Shown here: positions 28,908 through 37,499 of the stretch, piece after piece
Numbering within the stretch: the stretch's first letter is position 1
How the letters are laid out: the number at the start of each line of letters is the position of its first letter
Origin: an uncultured Candidatus Saccharibacteria bacterium
Lineage (GTDB): Bacteria > Patescibacteriota > Saccharimonadia > Saccharimonadales > AWTP1-31
Length of the DNA: 64,000 nucleotides
Reading direction: 5' to 3'
NCBI GenBank assembly: GCA_964536985.1
Contig: CAZIBG010000002.1
Coordinates: forward strand, 18,738-82,737
Translations under genes and position numbers: made by a program
Notes under the pieces: generated by a model
Database searches by the model: none
What the model was told of the DNA's origin: nothing
The model's input: only the letters and a program-made list of their open reading frames with translations

Positions 28908-30645
28908 TGCTTGCTTGTTGGTAGACGATTGTTATTTTCTTAGGGTTGCTCGGTGTCTTATAGACCCAGAATGGACTATAACTGACCTGCACTTCTTTTA
29001 CGCCAGCACGTGCGTTAATTAGTTGCTGTACTTCGCCCTTCTTCTTGCCAGCTATCTGTGTCTTGAGTGAATCTTGCTCTTCCTGAGCACCCGTACTAAC
29101 AGTAGTTTGGATAGAAAGCTTTTGCTGCGTTGGAGATATCTGGTCAGTGGCCTTTATGACTGCATCATCTAGGCCATCATTACTTATAGTCTGCTCTTTG
29201 GTATCGATCTTCTCTTTTGCGCTATCGACGATTATAGACTTTAGGTCGTCTCGATCAACACCCAGTAGCGTGTAGGTGACGATATTGGTAACGGTGATTT
29301 CGGTTGCTTCTGCTCCAACGGTTGGTGATGCAGTGATATTTGCAGGGGTAACAGTAACGGTTTCAGCAATTGCATAAAGTGAATTATCTTTCAGCTGAGT
29401 TGTTAGCTCTTTAATTGCTGCGTCTTTGCTTTTATCGGTAAGCTTTTGAGTTGCAGCGTCGATATCTTCCTGGCTTACAACGGTAACTTCTTTGTTGGTT
29501 CCGCCAGTCATGGAGCTACTATCGTAACCCGCGACATTACTGAACCCGACTACGCTGAAGGTTCGTCCACCGCTGATATTGTATTGGTCTCCTGAATTCT
29601 GAGCTACAACGTTGATGGTAGCAGTTGTGAATGCCGGGAAATCCTGGTTGTTGCATTTGCTGCCAAAAAGAACTCGGATAAAGGTAACGTCTTTCTGCAA
29701 GATAAAGTTAAGTCCTCCCGAGGTGACTATAGTGCCCGAAGGAACGGTGACCGACTCTTTAGAACAATCGGTTAACCTAAGGCTGACGGTGCCTTTTGCT
29801 TGTTCGCCAACATTCTTTTTGCCGGTGGCTGGAACTTTTTCGGCATCAGTTTTCTTTATGCTCTTAGCGGTTGCTGGAACGATCAGTTTTTCTTTATCTA
29901 TCGCTTTAGCGTCTGTGCTGAGCGTTACGGCTACATCAGTACTGACACTGACGCTATCGGTAATAACGGTTATTTTTGCAGTCGGGAGAACAAAGCTCGA
30001 GACATACCAACCTATGAGTAACAAAACTACGAGTCCGCCGCCTACTAACAATTTAGTTCTGAACTGGTTAAAGTCAGGTATCTTGAGCTTCTTATCTTTT
30101 TTGGAAGCCTTTTTGGCAGCAGCTACAGGCGCGGCGGCTTCGAGTTCGGGCTCGTCATCAATGTCTATAGTTTCCTCGAACTGCTGTGACTTAACTGGTT
30201 TTGCAGCTGCGGCACCGGCAAGCTCACCAACAGCTTTTTTGGTATCAAGTTTTTTATCTTCTACAACGTCGGATTCGATATCGTCATCATCTTCGTCAAT
30301 AGCAGTAATATCGTCTACCGAGTCATCAAGCGCAACGTTATCGGACGGGACGTCAGGAGCGGCAGGTACTGTGGGTTTTGACTGCAAGGTCTTGGCTACG
30401 TGTAGCTTTACTGCCCCTGCAAGCGGTAAAAGGCCAGCCTCTGAGGTTATCAGGACAATCTTCTTTTTGTGTGTATCGCCACTTCGCTTGAGCAGCTTCA
30501 TGTTTACAATGCTCTGTAAAACGCTGGCCCGCTTAGGCAACACTAAAGCAACAATCTTGTGTTTGCTTTGAGACACTTTGTCTATGATGCCGGTGATCTC
30601 GTCATCAATGTCGATATAAATAGTGTCTTTGGTCGCTTCTGCCAC
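28891..30645 (-). CDS. Hypothetical acidic low-complexity protein with a single TM segment, sitting where ftsZ would be expected
   Basis: 584 aa with an Asp-rich stretch (DDITAIDEDDDDIESD) and a TM (LLVGGGLVVLLLIGWYV). No GTPase motifs are visible. Confidence 0.5.
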   Translation of the reverse strand: MAEATKDTIYIDIDDEITGIIDKVSQSKHKIVALVLPKRASVLQSIVNMKLLKRSGDTHKKKIVLITSEAGLLPLAGAVKLHVAKTLQSKPTVPAAPDVPSDNVALDDSVDDITAIDEDDDDIESDVVEDKKLDTKKAVGELAGAAAAKPVKSQQFEETIDIDDEPELEAAAPVAAAKKASKKDKKLKIPDFNQFRTKLLVGGGLVVLLLIGWYVSSFVLPTAKITVITDSVSVSTDVAVTLSTDAKAIDKEKLIVPATAKSIKKTDAEKVPATGKKNVGEQAKGTVSLRLTDCSKESVTVPSGTIVTSGGLNFILQKDVTFIRVLFGSKCNNQDFPAFTTATINVVAQNSGDQYNISGGRTFSVVGFSNVAGYDSSSMTGGTNKEVTVVSQEDIDAATQKLTDKSKDAAIKELTTQLKDNSLYAIAETVTVTPANITASPTVGAEATEITVTNIVTYTLLGVDRDDLKSIIVDSAKEKIDTKEQTISNDGLDDAVIKATDQISPTQQKLSIQTTVSTGAQEEQDSLKTQIAGKKKGEVQQLINARAGVKEVQVSYSPFWVYKTPSNPKKITIVYQQASNGQDK

Positions 30646-30660
30646 GTTGATCCCCTGTCG

Positions 30661-31971
30661 TTATACTCTTAGAATTTTATCAATTTTTTGCCGAAATGAC
30701 CCGTCGTCTTTTATCCCGCCATCTTGTTGCATGGTATCTAGGCCAACTCGCAGTAAGCCCATGGCCGTAATAAAAGTGTGATCGGTGACAGTTCCAGTGT
30801 GATCATCGATGCCCACAACGTGACTTGGCTTGATGTGCTGCACTACCGGCTTACGGGTAAAGGGTAGATCAGCATACCAATTGGACGATTCCAGCTGGTG
30901 CATCAACATATCTAGGCTAGAGCCACCACCACATAGCAGTATCCGTCTGGGCAAGTGATCTAGCTGATCAAACTCACCGAGGGCTAGTTCTACGCCGGCC
31001 GTCCAGACATCTAATGTTTTCTGCAGACTCTTTTCGATCACCGGACGCTTGGATTCAGCAACTTTATGAGTCGATAGGCCAAGTTTAAGTTCTTCTGCCG
31101 AAGCAAAGCTGACACCAAGGTCCTTTTCGATACTACGAGTGTAAGCACGTCCGCCAATACCAAACATTTTGGTTCCTTGGACTCCGCCATCATTAATGAC
31201 AGCAATATCGGTAGTACCACCACCAACATCCATTAAGATGGCGCTCATACTGGCATTGGAGTCGTCGCCAATTACTGATCGAGCTACCGCAAATGGCTCT
31301 GCTGCAACGGCCAACAGATCCAGGTCTAACTCTTTGGCGGTTCGCTCTAAGGCGCCGATATGGATCATTGGAGCAAAGGCGGTGTAAAGCTGGACGACCA
31401 CTTCTTTACCCTTGAATCCAACAGGACTAGTTACGGGATAACCGTCGATCTCGATGTTAACAAGCGCACTATTTACTAAACGAATTTCTACGTCTTTACC
31501 ACCAAGTTCCCATGCCAGTTGCTGTTTGGCTCTCTCGCGAGCACGGCCCTGAACCAGGCCAATAATCTTTTCGACTTCGGCGATATCGAGTTCTTTTTCG
31601 GGGTTCTTGCGGTTACAGTGGACGGTCGTGGTCGTACCCTTAACAAGTTCACCAGCGATACCAATAACCGCCGACTTAGTACTAACGCCAGCCTGTTTTT
31701 CGGCCTGACTTAGAGCATCATCACAATTGGCGACTACCGATTGTATATCAGCGATAGCGCCAGCTTGCATATCACTTAATTCCTGATGGGTACGACCGAC
31801 ACCAACAATATCAATGCCGTCGTCAGTAACCCGGCCTATCAGAGCTTTTACAAATTCAGTACCAATATCAAGGGCGACAAGGTACTTGTCGTCATCGTTC
31901 TTGTTACGGCTAGCTTTGGCAGCAACGGTGTTTTTGAGGGTCTTTATTTTATCTAGCATAAGCTGATTCAT
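30661..31971 (-). CDS. ftsA: Cell division protein FtsA (actin-like ATPase)
   Basis: 436 aa with LVALDIGTEFVKAL and ILMDVGGGTTDIAVI motifs characteristic of FtsA. Confidence 0.7.
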   Translation of the reverse strand: MNQLMLDKIKTLKNTVAAKASRNKNDDDKYLVALDIGTEFVKALIGRVTDDGIDIVGVGRTHQELSDMQAGAIADIQSVVANCDDALSQAEKQAGVSTKSAVIGIAGELVKGTTTTVHCNRKNPEKELDIAEVEKIIGLVQGRARERAKQQLAWELGGKDVEIRLVNSALVNIEIDGYPVTSPVGFKGKEVVVQLYTAFAPMIHIGALERTAKELDLDLLAVAAEPFAVARSVIGDDSNASMSAILMDVGGGTTDIAVINDGGVQGTKMFGIGGRAYTRSIEKDLGVSFASAEELKLGLSTHKVAESKRPVIEKSLQKTLDVWTAGVELALGEFDQLDHLPRRILLCGGGSSLDMLMHQLESSNWYADLPFTRKPVVQHIKPSHVVGIDDHTGTVTDHTFITAMGLLRVGLDTMQQDGGIKDDGSFRQKIDKILRV

Positions 31972-32011
31972 TATAGCACTCCTCTCCTTCTCTAAAAAGG
32001 CTTATGGCAAA

Positions 32012-33910
32012 CTAAACAAGTGCTGCCTTGATACGCCTTACACCGGACGAGCTAGCCTCTTCTTTGAGAATCTTGAATTTCTTGCCCTCTTCGAATAACT
32101 GTAGAGAGTGGTCTACGTGTGGACCGCCGCAGATTTCGAAGCTGAATGGCTTTTCGGCTCCATCGGCAATCATCTTATAAACCTTAACCGTGTCGCCATA
32201 GCGATCACCAAATTGACCAAGCGCGCCTAATGGCCCTGTAGCTTCTGCTGTTGGGTACTCTGCCCAGCTAACTTTTAGATCATTTCCGATCTGTTCGTTA
32301 ACAATCGCTTCTACTTGATCGAGTTCTTCACGAGTTACTTTTTGGTCGTGACTAAAGTCAAATCGCAGTCGTTCCTCGGTAATATTACTACCTCGTTGGA
32401 TAACGTGATCGCCGAGTACTTCGCGGAGTGCCTGGTACATAAGGTGTGTTGCCGTGTGATACTTCTTGTGTTGATCCGTTTGGCCACCAAGCCCACCCTT
32501 GAACTGACCCTTGGTAGCCGTCCGCGACATGTCCCGCTGTTTTTTCATATGAGCATCAAATTGCTCACGCCAATCTTCTGCTAGGTCAATCGCCTGCTTT
32601 TCTGCCTCTTCAACACTGAGCTCAACCGGAAAACCATAGGTGTCATATAGCTTAAAGATGAGTTCGCCGTGAATAGATTTGTCTGAGTCCTTGAATAGCT
32701 TTTCAAACTCTCTCAGTCCTTTGGTTAGTGTCTGACGGAATACTTTTTCTTCTTTGCTAAGAGTAGCCATGATTTCGTCTTTTTGAGCTGCAATTTCTGG
32801 AAAATCTTGATGGTATGAATCAAGCACAATAGGAATAGCTAGCTGCATTAGATCTTTTTCAATACCAAGATCAAAGGCGAATCTAATTGCTCGACGCAGT
32901 AGCCGACGCATAACATACCCTTGTTCTTTATTGCTTGGAACAACACCATCAACTGCTAAGAAAACAGCTACACGTAAGTGATCAGCGATAACACGCATGG
33001 CAGCGGTATGGTCGGTATAATCCTTGCCTGTTTCCTTTTGAAGTCCTTCGATTATTGGCCAAAGCAAACTAATTTTAAACATGTCCGGGCTATCGATTGC
33101 AGCAGCGGCAATACGCTCTAGGCCACCACCAAAATCAACGTTCTTGTTTGGTAACTCTTCGAAACCTTTGTCGGTTCGCTTGTAAGTCATAAATACCGAG
33201 TTACCAATTTCCATAAAGCGACCACAGTCACAGTTTGGATGACAATGAGGACCAAAGTCGGTGTTGTGCTCGATCTCGTCGAACATATAAAATACTTCGC
33301 TGTCTGGACCACATGGGTCACCAACAGGAGTGGTCGCTGGCTTTCCGCCTCGGCTCCACCAGTTCTTGGCACCATCATAATAGAAGATACGCTCGCCTTC
33401 GTTGATGCCACGCTTATAGCCGTCTGCTTCTGAGCCAATCATCGCTGGCTGGGCATCGATACCTTTTGCTTTGAAAAGGTCTTGCCAGATTTTAACTGAT
33501 TCATCATCTTTAGGAAGATCGAATTCATCGTCGCCAGCAAAGACCGTTACATAGATTTTATTTGGATCAAGTCCAACTTTTTCGGTCAAGAAGGTGAAGA
33601 ACCATGGCAGTTGCTCGGCCTTAAAATAATCGCCAAAGCTCCAGTTACCAAGCATCTCGAAGAATGTTGTGTGGCGGTTATCGCCAACCTCCTCAATATC
33701 ATCGGCCCGAAAACATGTCTGACTATCAGCCACCCGTGAACCAGCCGGATGAGGCTCGCCTAACAGATACGGAAGTAGTGGCTGCATTCCAGAGCCGGTA
33801 AATAGTGTTGTCGGGTCATTATCGGGTATTAGCTTGGCACGCGGAATGACAACATGTTTGTTTTGTTTGCAAAAATCGAGATAGGCTTTACGGATGTCTT
33901 GAGCGTTCAT
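32012..33910 (-). CDS. alaS: Alanine--tRNA ligase, short form lacking the C-terminal editing and C-Ala region
   Basis: 632 aa. The N-terminal catalytic domain (FTGSGMQPL ... FEMLGNWSFGDYFK) is clear. A tataat box lies 6 nt upstream of the ATG. Confidence 0.85.
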   Translation of the reverse strand: MNAQDIRKAYLDFCKQNKHVVIPRAKLIPDNDPTTLFTGSGMQPLLPYLLGEPHPAGSRVADSQTCFRADDIEEVGDNRHTTFFEMLGNWSFGDYFKAEQLPWFFTFLTEKVGLDPNKIYVTVFAGDDEFDLPKDDESVKIWQDLFKAKGIDAQPAMIGSEADGYKRGINEGERIFYYDGAKNWWSRGGKPATTPVGDPCGPDSEVFYMFDEIEHNTDFGPHCHPNCDCGRFMEIGNSVFMTYKRTDKGFEELPNKNVDFGGGLERIAAAAIDSPDMFKISLLWPIIEGLQKETGKDYTDHTAAMRVIADHLRVAVFLAVDGVVPSNKEQGYVMRRLLRRAIRFAFDLGIEKDLMQLAIPIVLDSYHQDFPEIAAQKDEIMATLSKEEKVFRQTLTKGLREFEKLFKDSDKSIHGELIFKLYDTYGFPVELSVEEAEKQAIDLAEDWREQFDAHMKKQRDMSRTATKGQFKGGLGGQTDQHKKYHTATHLMYQALREVLGDHVIQRGSNITEERLRFDFSHDQKVTREELDQVEAIVNEQIGNDLKVSWAEYPTAEATGPLGALGQFGDRYGDTVKVYKMIADGAEKPFSFEICGGPHVDHSLQLFEEGKKFKILKEEASSSGVRRIKAALV

Positions 33911-34035
33911 GCAGCTATTATAACAGAGGTAGCAGCAGACTCAAGTTGTAACTTAGCTCCTGGGCTTGGCATTCCGTAAAAGAATCATGTGACTGGCACG
34001 CACCCTTAGCGTCTATGGGTGGCAGGCACAGTTAC

Positions 34036-34311
34036 TCACTTTGAGGGCGCTGATGTAACTGCAGTCTCGAGGGTAACTACTATTGGCGGTGCGATCACAA
34101 CTTCTGGCTGAGGGTCGGGTATAAGTAACTTAACCGCCAACGCCGTTGCCGTCACAGCCAAGATCGCTAGACCGGAGCCGACCATTGTCGCAATATATTC
34201 CTGATTATCAGTTGTACCTTTATTCGGCTGGAGGGCCCGTTGATTGACAGGTACATGCTCTCCGCGCCGCCAATTAGACATCATCTCGCCACCTCGGCCT
34301 CTGGGCGCCAT
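34036..34311 (-). CDS. Small hypothetical TM protein; the start is uncertain
   Basis: 91-aa ORF with one TM helix (GSGLAILAVTATALAVKLL). A separate 34-aa ORF with a strong RBS overlaps its 5' end in another frame. Confidence 0.3.
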   Translation of the reverse strand: MAPRGRGGEMMSNWRRGEHVPVNQRALQPNKGTTDNQEYIATMVGSGLAILAVTATALAVKLLIPDPQPEVVIAPPIVVTLETAVTSAPSK

Positions 34312-34378
34312 TAATTCCTGCAGGTATAGCCACTACACCTAGAGTGACTGGTGTTTCTTGTTGTATTTGTTTGCCCAT
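34274..34378 (-). CDS. Candidate 34-aa ORF (MGKQIQQETPVTLGVVAIPAGINGAQRPRWRDDV) with a strong GAAGGAG RBS
   Basis: GAAGGAGataatt precedes the ATG. The ORF lies just downstream, in the minus-strand sense, of 85-bp repeat copy 1. Confidence 0.25.
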   Translation of the reverse strand: MGKQIQQETPVTLGVVAIPAGINGAQRPRWRDDV

Positions 34379-34456
34379 AATTATCTCCTTCAGAGGTTAT
34401 GGAACTCGTCTCCACAAACTAAAATAAACACCTGGTGGTGTATGAGTTTAAGAGGG

Positions 34457-34541
34457 AGAATTCGTCCCGGTTTCGCTACTTGCTCCCCGTGTATCCAAGC
34501 GACCAGATACAGATATACGGATCATTGCATGACTTTACGTC
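34457..34541. repeat. 85-bp exact direct repeat, copy 1 of 2
   Basis: Identical to 37370..37454. It contains the imperfect hairpin ccgtgtatc...gatatacgg. Confidence 0.9.
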
Positions 34542-34661
34542 AATATTTACTATATTACTTTTTTGACATATTGTCTATATACTTATTTATACTTTGACTC
34601 GAAGACCCCGTTCCTGAACAATGATTAATACCACCGATGCAACACAAGGTTGATCTTCATG

Positions 34662-35909
34662 CTATTTTTTGGGAATAGTATCGAAGACCAATGCCGCTTC
34701 TGTTGGCGAAACATATTCATCACCCCTGTTGCATACATATACACTTTGACCGATAGGTTCTACTGTGAGCCACTTCGAGATTTTCTTATTCGTAGTGAAT
34801 ATTGCTACCCGGGATGTATCTACATCTGGACTAAGGTCTAGAACGGAACAGTCTACTGGCAGTAAAGCGTTCATTCCTTCTATGCGTCGGGGGGATTTCC
34901 CTCGTAAATCAGACGCCATCAGGCCAAATTTCGCTGCCTCGGATGGAATATTCTGGGGACTAATATACGCAATAGGTTGCTTGCTACCTTGTTCCAGCGG
35001 GTCAAGCCCTGCAATATCAAGATTCTTTTGCTCGTAAAGTTCTTCTGGACTCGGAGAATTCCATTCGCCAATAACACTGATAGCAGCACTCACCCCATCG
35101 GATCCAAGTTCGGTAGAAGCAGGAAGAAATCCACTGTAGCCCGGTACCGGAAGGGTCAGTGCAATAAGCGTGATTCGCGCTGGCGAGATCACACGACCAA
35201 GACCATTGGGTCCTTCTTTAGTAATAGCTTTTCTAAGCACTTGTAGTGCCTGACGACCAAGCTTTTGGCTGGCGTTAAGAAATTTGTACCTCTTGGTGGT
35301 TTCATAAACTGCACGCTCCGTTAAAGATTCGATGTCCTTAGGTGCAAGGTGAGGAGTCTCGCTTTGACGGGCAAGTGTAGCTGGTTCGATTTTAAGTCCT
35401 TTTGCGTAATTCCAGACTGCTTTGGTAGCCTCCCGTAGCACTGATTCCTCAGGCGCTTCGTCTGTATCATGGGAAAGTGAGACGATAGGAGTGTGATCAC
35501 CGACTTGCCGAATCATAAAGCCGGCCCCAAAGTTTCCACGGTCGGTACGACTAAGCAAATACGAGACAACTTTAGCATCTAACTCATCGTAATAGGTGTT
35601 GAGTCGACGAATTATATAGCGAGTACCATCATCGTTACGAACTTCTGGAAACTCTATTTCTTCGTCGCCATCTAGCAGTTGCCTTCGGGCATCCGGGCTA
35701 GCGCTTAAAGCTGCCTGCGCAATATAAGATAGCGCATCAAAAAGACGCCCCGACATATCCGCCATAGGGTCTTTACTGCCCTCAAGCCCAAGAACATTTT
35801 GCCCCTCCGGATAATCACTTAGTGCCAGCATACGAACCGGCTTACGTGGTTCCGGAATGTGATCGACCGTCTGAACGTCGATAATCTGATTACGTTCCAG
35901 ATAAGCCAT
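34662..35909 (-). CDS. Hypothetical protein (415 aa), last gene of the repeat-bracketed cassette
   Basis: Long intact ORF with no recognisable motif. Confidence 0.5.
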   Translation of the reverse strand: MAYLERNQIIDVQTVDHIPEPRKPVRMLALSDYPEGQNVLGLEGSKDPMADMSGRLFDALSYIAQAALSASPDARRQLLDGDEEIEFPEVRNDDGTRYIIRRLNTYYDELDAKVVSYLLSRTDRGNFGAGFMIRQVGDHTPIVSLSHDTDEAPEESVLREATKAVWNYAKGLKIEPATLARQSETPHLAPKDIESLTERAVYETTKRYKFLNASQKLGRQALQVLRKAITKEGPNGLGRVISPARITLIALTLPVPGYSGFLPASTELGSDGVSAAISVIGEWNSPSPEELYEQKNLDIAGLDPLEQGSKQPIAYISPQNIPSEAAKFGLMASDLRGKSPRRIEGMNALLPVDCSVLDLSPDVDTSRVAIFTTNKKISKWLTVEPIGQSVYVCNRGDEYVSPTEAALVFDTIPKK

Positions 35910-35911
35910 AG

Positions 35912-36616
35912 CTACTTCTTTTCTACACCTTTGGAGCCAGGTTGTTCTGGCGCTAAACTCTGCTTCTCTACCTCTCGCGCTTTACGATATGTAGTGACTC
36001 GCAAATCACCCACTAATGCACCTACAAAAAGCCCCGTTACAACGCCCAGAGCACTTATCCAACGCTGCTTCTTGTCATTATTATGTGAGACGAGTACATC
36101 CTGCGCAGGCGTAGAAGTCTGCTGAAAAGTCTCGGCAGCACTTAGTCCGTTCAACGCAAGTGTATAGCGTTGGATATAATCATAAATATCTAGTTCTTGT
36201 GTACCGCAAGGCTCCCCGGGATAGGTCTTCAGCATTTCCATTTTTTCCGTATCGGGACTAGATGCCAAAGCGCCTCCCGTCACAACTATCTTCAGTTTTG
36301 CTTCGCATGCCTCCGGTAGTTCGTCTCTTAAATCGTTAAGGGTCCTCGTGGCCCTGCTGACACCTGTTGCCGCCATTTCGTCTTTATCAGCCAGATAATT
36401 CTGCAAAGCAGCAGCCTTTTCGGTGGCAACGTGGCTTGCAATTTCAAAACCTCCAGCACTAAATGCCCCAACGAGAAGTAAACCCGCACCATAACCCCGT
36501 ATATTGGCGCCTATTCTAGTAATGCGATCGAACCGTTGCTCATTAAATACTTCCGTTTCTATTGCGGGCTGCGGAGCGGATACCTCGGTTGTTGCAAGAT
36601 GCTCTAATTGTGGCAT
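35912..36616 (-). CDS. Hypothetical membrane protein, paralog A
   Basis: 234 aa with an N-proximal TM, a central Cys pair and a C-proximal TM. It has the same architecture as the adjacent upstream gene. Confidence 0.5.
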   Translation of the reverse strand: MPQLEHLATTEVSAPQPAIETEVFNEQRFDRITRIGANIRGYGAGLLLVGAFSAGGFEIASHVATEKAAALQNYLADKDEMAATGVSRATRTLNDLRDELPEACEAKLKIVVTGGALASSPDTEKMEMLKTYPGEPCGTQELDIYDYIQRYTLALNGLSAAETFQQTSTPAQDVLVSHNNDKKQRWISALGVVTGLFVGALVGDLRVTTYRKAREVEKQSLAPEQPGSKGVEKK

Positions 36617-37317
36617 TACGCTACCTCTTCCGTTGAGTCTGTTATCTGCAGCATTGGCACTTCCGGCAATGCAACACGATGTGCCGGTATGTAAACTCCG
36701 TTTGTGTTTGTGTGGCCGTTTCTATAATTGCGTCGTGAATCTACAGAAGTTCCTATGCCAATAGCAGCGCCAATTCCAGCGCCAATAAGTGATAATGCTT
36801 GAAGTGCCCCTGTGCTGTGATTTGCTTTTTCATCTGCGGCATCAAAGCTAGCCTCCGCTTCCTTAAGTGCAGAACTTTTCTTGGTATTATCAGCGTCCGC
36901 TGAAAGTAAAGGATGCACTTCGGCACGTACGTCCCTGTCAAACTCCCCACATGGTTTTGATGGCAGGTCAATCATGTCCTCAACAACGGTGTTCTCTGGA
37001 GTCCCAAACAATATTCCACGATCAAGGTATAGTTTTAGCGCCAAAAGACAACCCTCTGATGCATCTTCCCGGGCAGTGTCGTAAACACGGCTGGCAAGCT
37101 CCGCTTTTGGACGAGCAGCATTAAGAGCTTGCTTCGCATTACCTCGTGCCGAGTAATCGTTGCTGCTAGCACCCGCTGATACACCAGCTAAAAATCCACC
37201 CGAGATTAAAGCACCTATAGTGACATGTTTAGCTACAATTTTTGTTTGATCTAGAATAGACCGAGTTCTAGATACCTCATAAAACGGCCGAGCTGGCTCA
37301 GCAATACGGTTTCCCAT
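36616..37317 (-). CDS. Hypothetical membrane protein, paralog B
   Basis: 233 aa with matching TM and Cys-pair architecture. Its start overlaps the stop of paralog A. Confidence 0.5.
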   Translation of the reverse strand: MGNRIAEPARPFYEVSRTRSILDQTKIVAKHVTIGALISGGFLAGVSAGASSNDYSARGNAKQALNAARPKAELASRVYDTAREDASEGCLLALKLYLDRGILFGTPENTVVEDMIDLPSKPCGEFDRDVRAEVHPLLSADADNTKKSSALKEAEASFDAADEKANHSTGALQALSLIGAGIGAAIGIGTSVDSRRNYRNGHTNTNGVYIPAHRVALPEVPMLQITDSTEEVA

Positions 37318-37369
37318 AGTTAATACTCCAACTAATATTTATTAGTGGGCGAAATATGCAATTATGCAA

Positions 37370-37454
37370 AGAATTCGTCCCGGTTTCGCTACTTGCTCCC
37401 CGTGTATCCAAGCGACCAGATACAGATATACGGATCATTGCATGACTTTACGTC
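37370..37454. repeat. 85-bp exact direct repeat, copy 2 of 2
   Basis: Identical to 34457..34541. It sits about 50 nt upstream of the cassette's first start codon and is flanked by AT-rich DNA. Confidence 0.9.
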
Positions 37455-37499
37455 TTGTATATATTACTACTTTATTGATTATTCGTCAATAATTATGCT

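Noticed and set aside
29612-30300. Low-complexity gcagc/gatga-rich DNA inspected for a tandem-repeat array
   Set aside because: It is coding low complexity (Asp/Ala-rich protein region) with no unit periodicity.
29612-30571. 319-aa plus-strand ORF antisense to the 584-aa gene
   Set aside because: It is a low-complexity Ser/Ala-rich translation of the opposite strand of a low-complexity gene, typical of a spurious antisense ORF.
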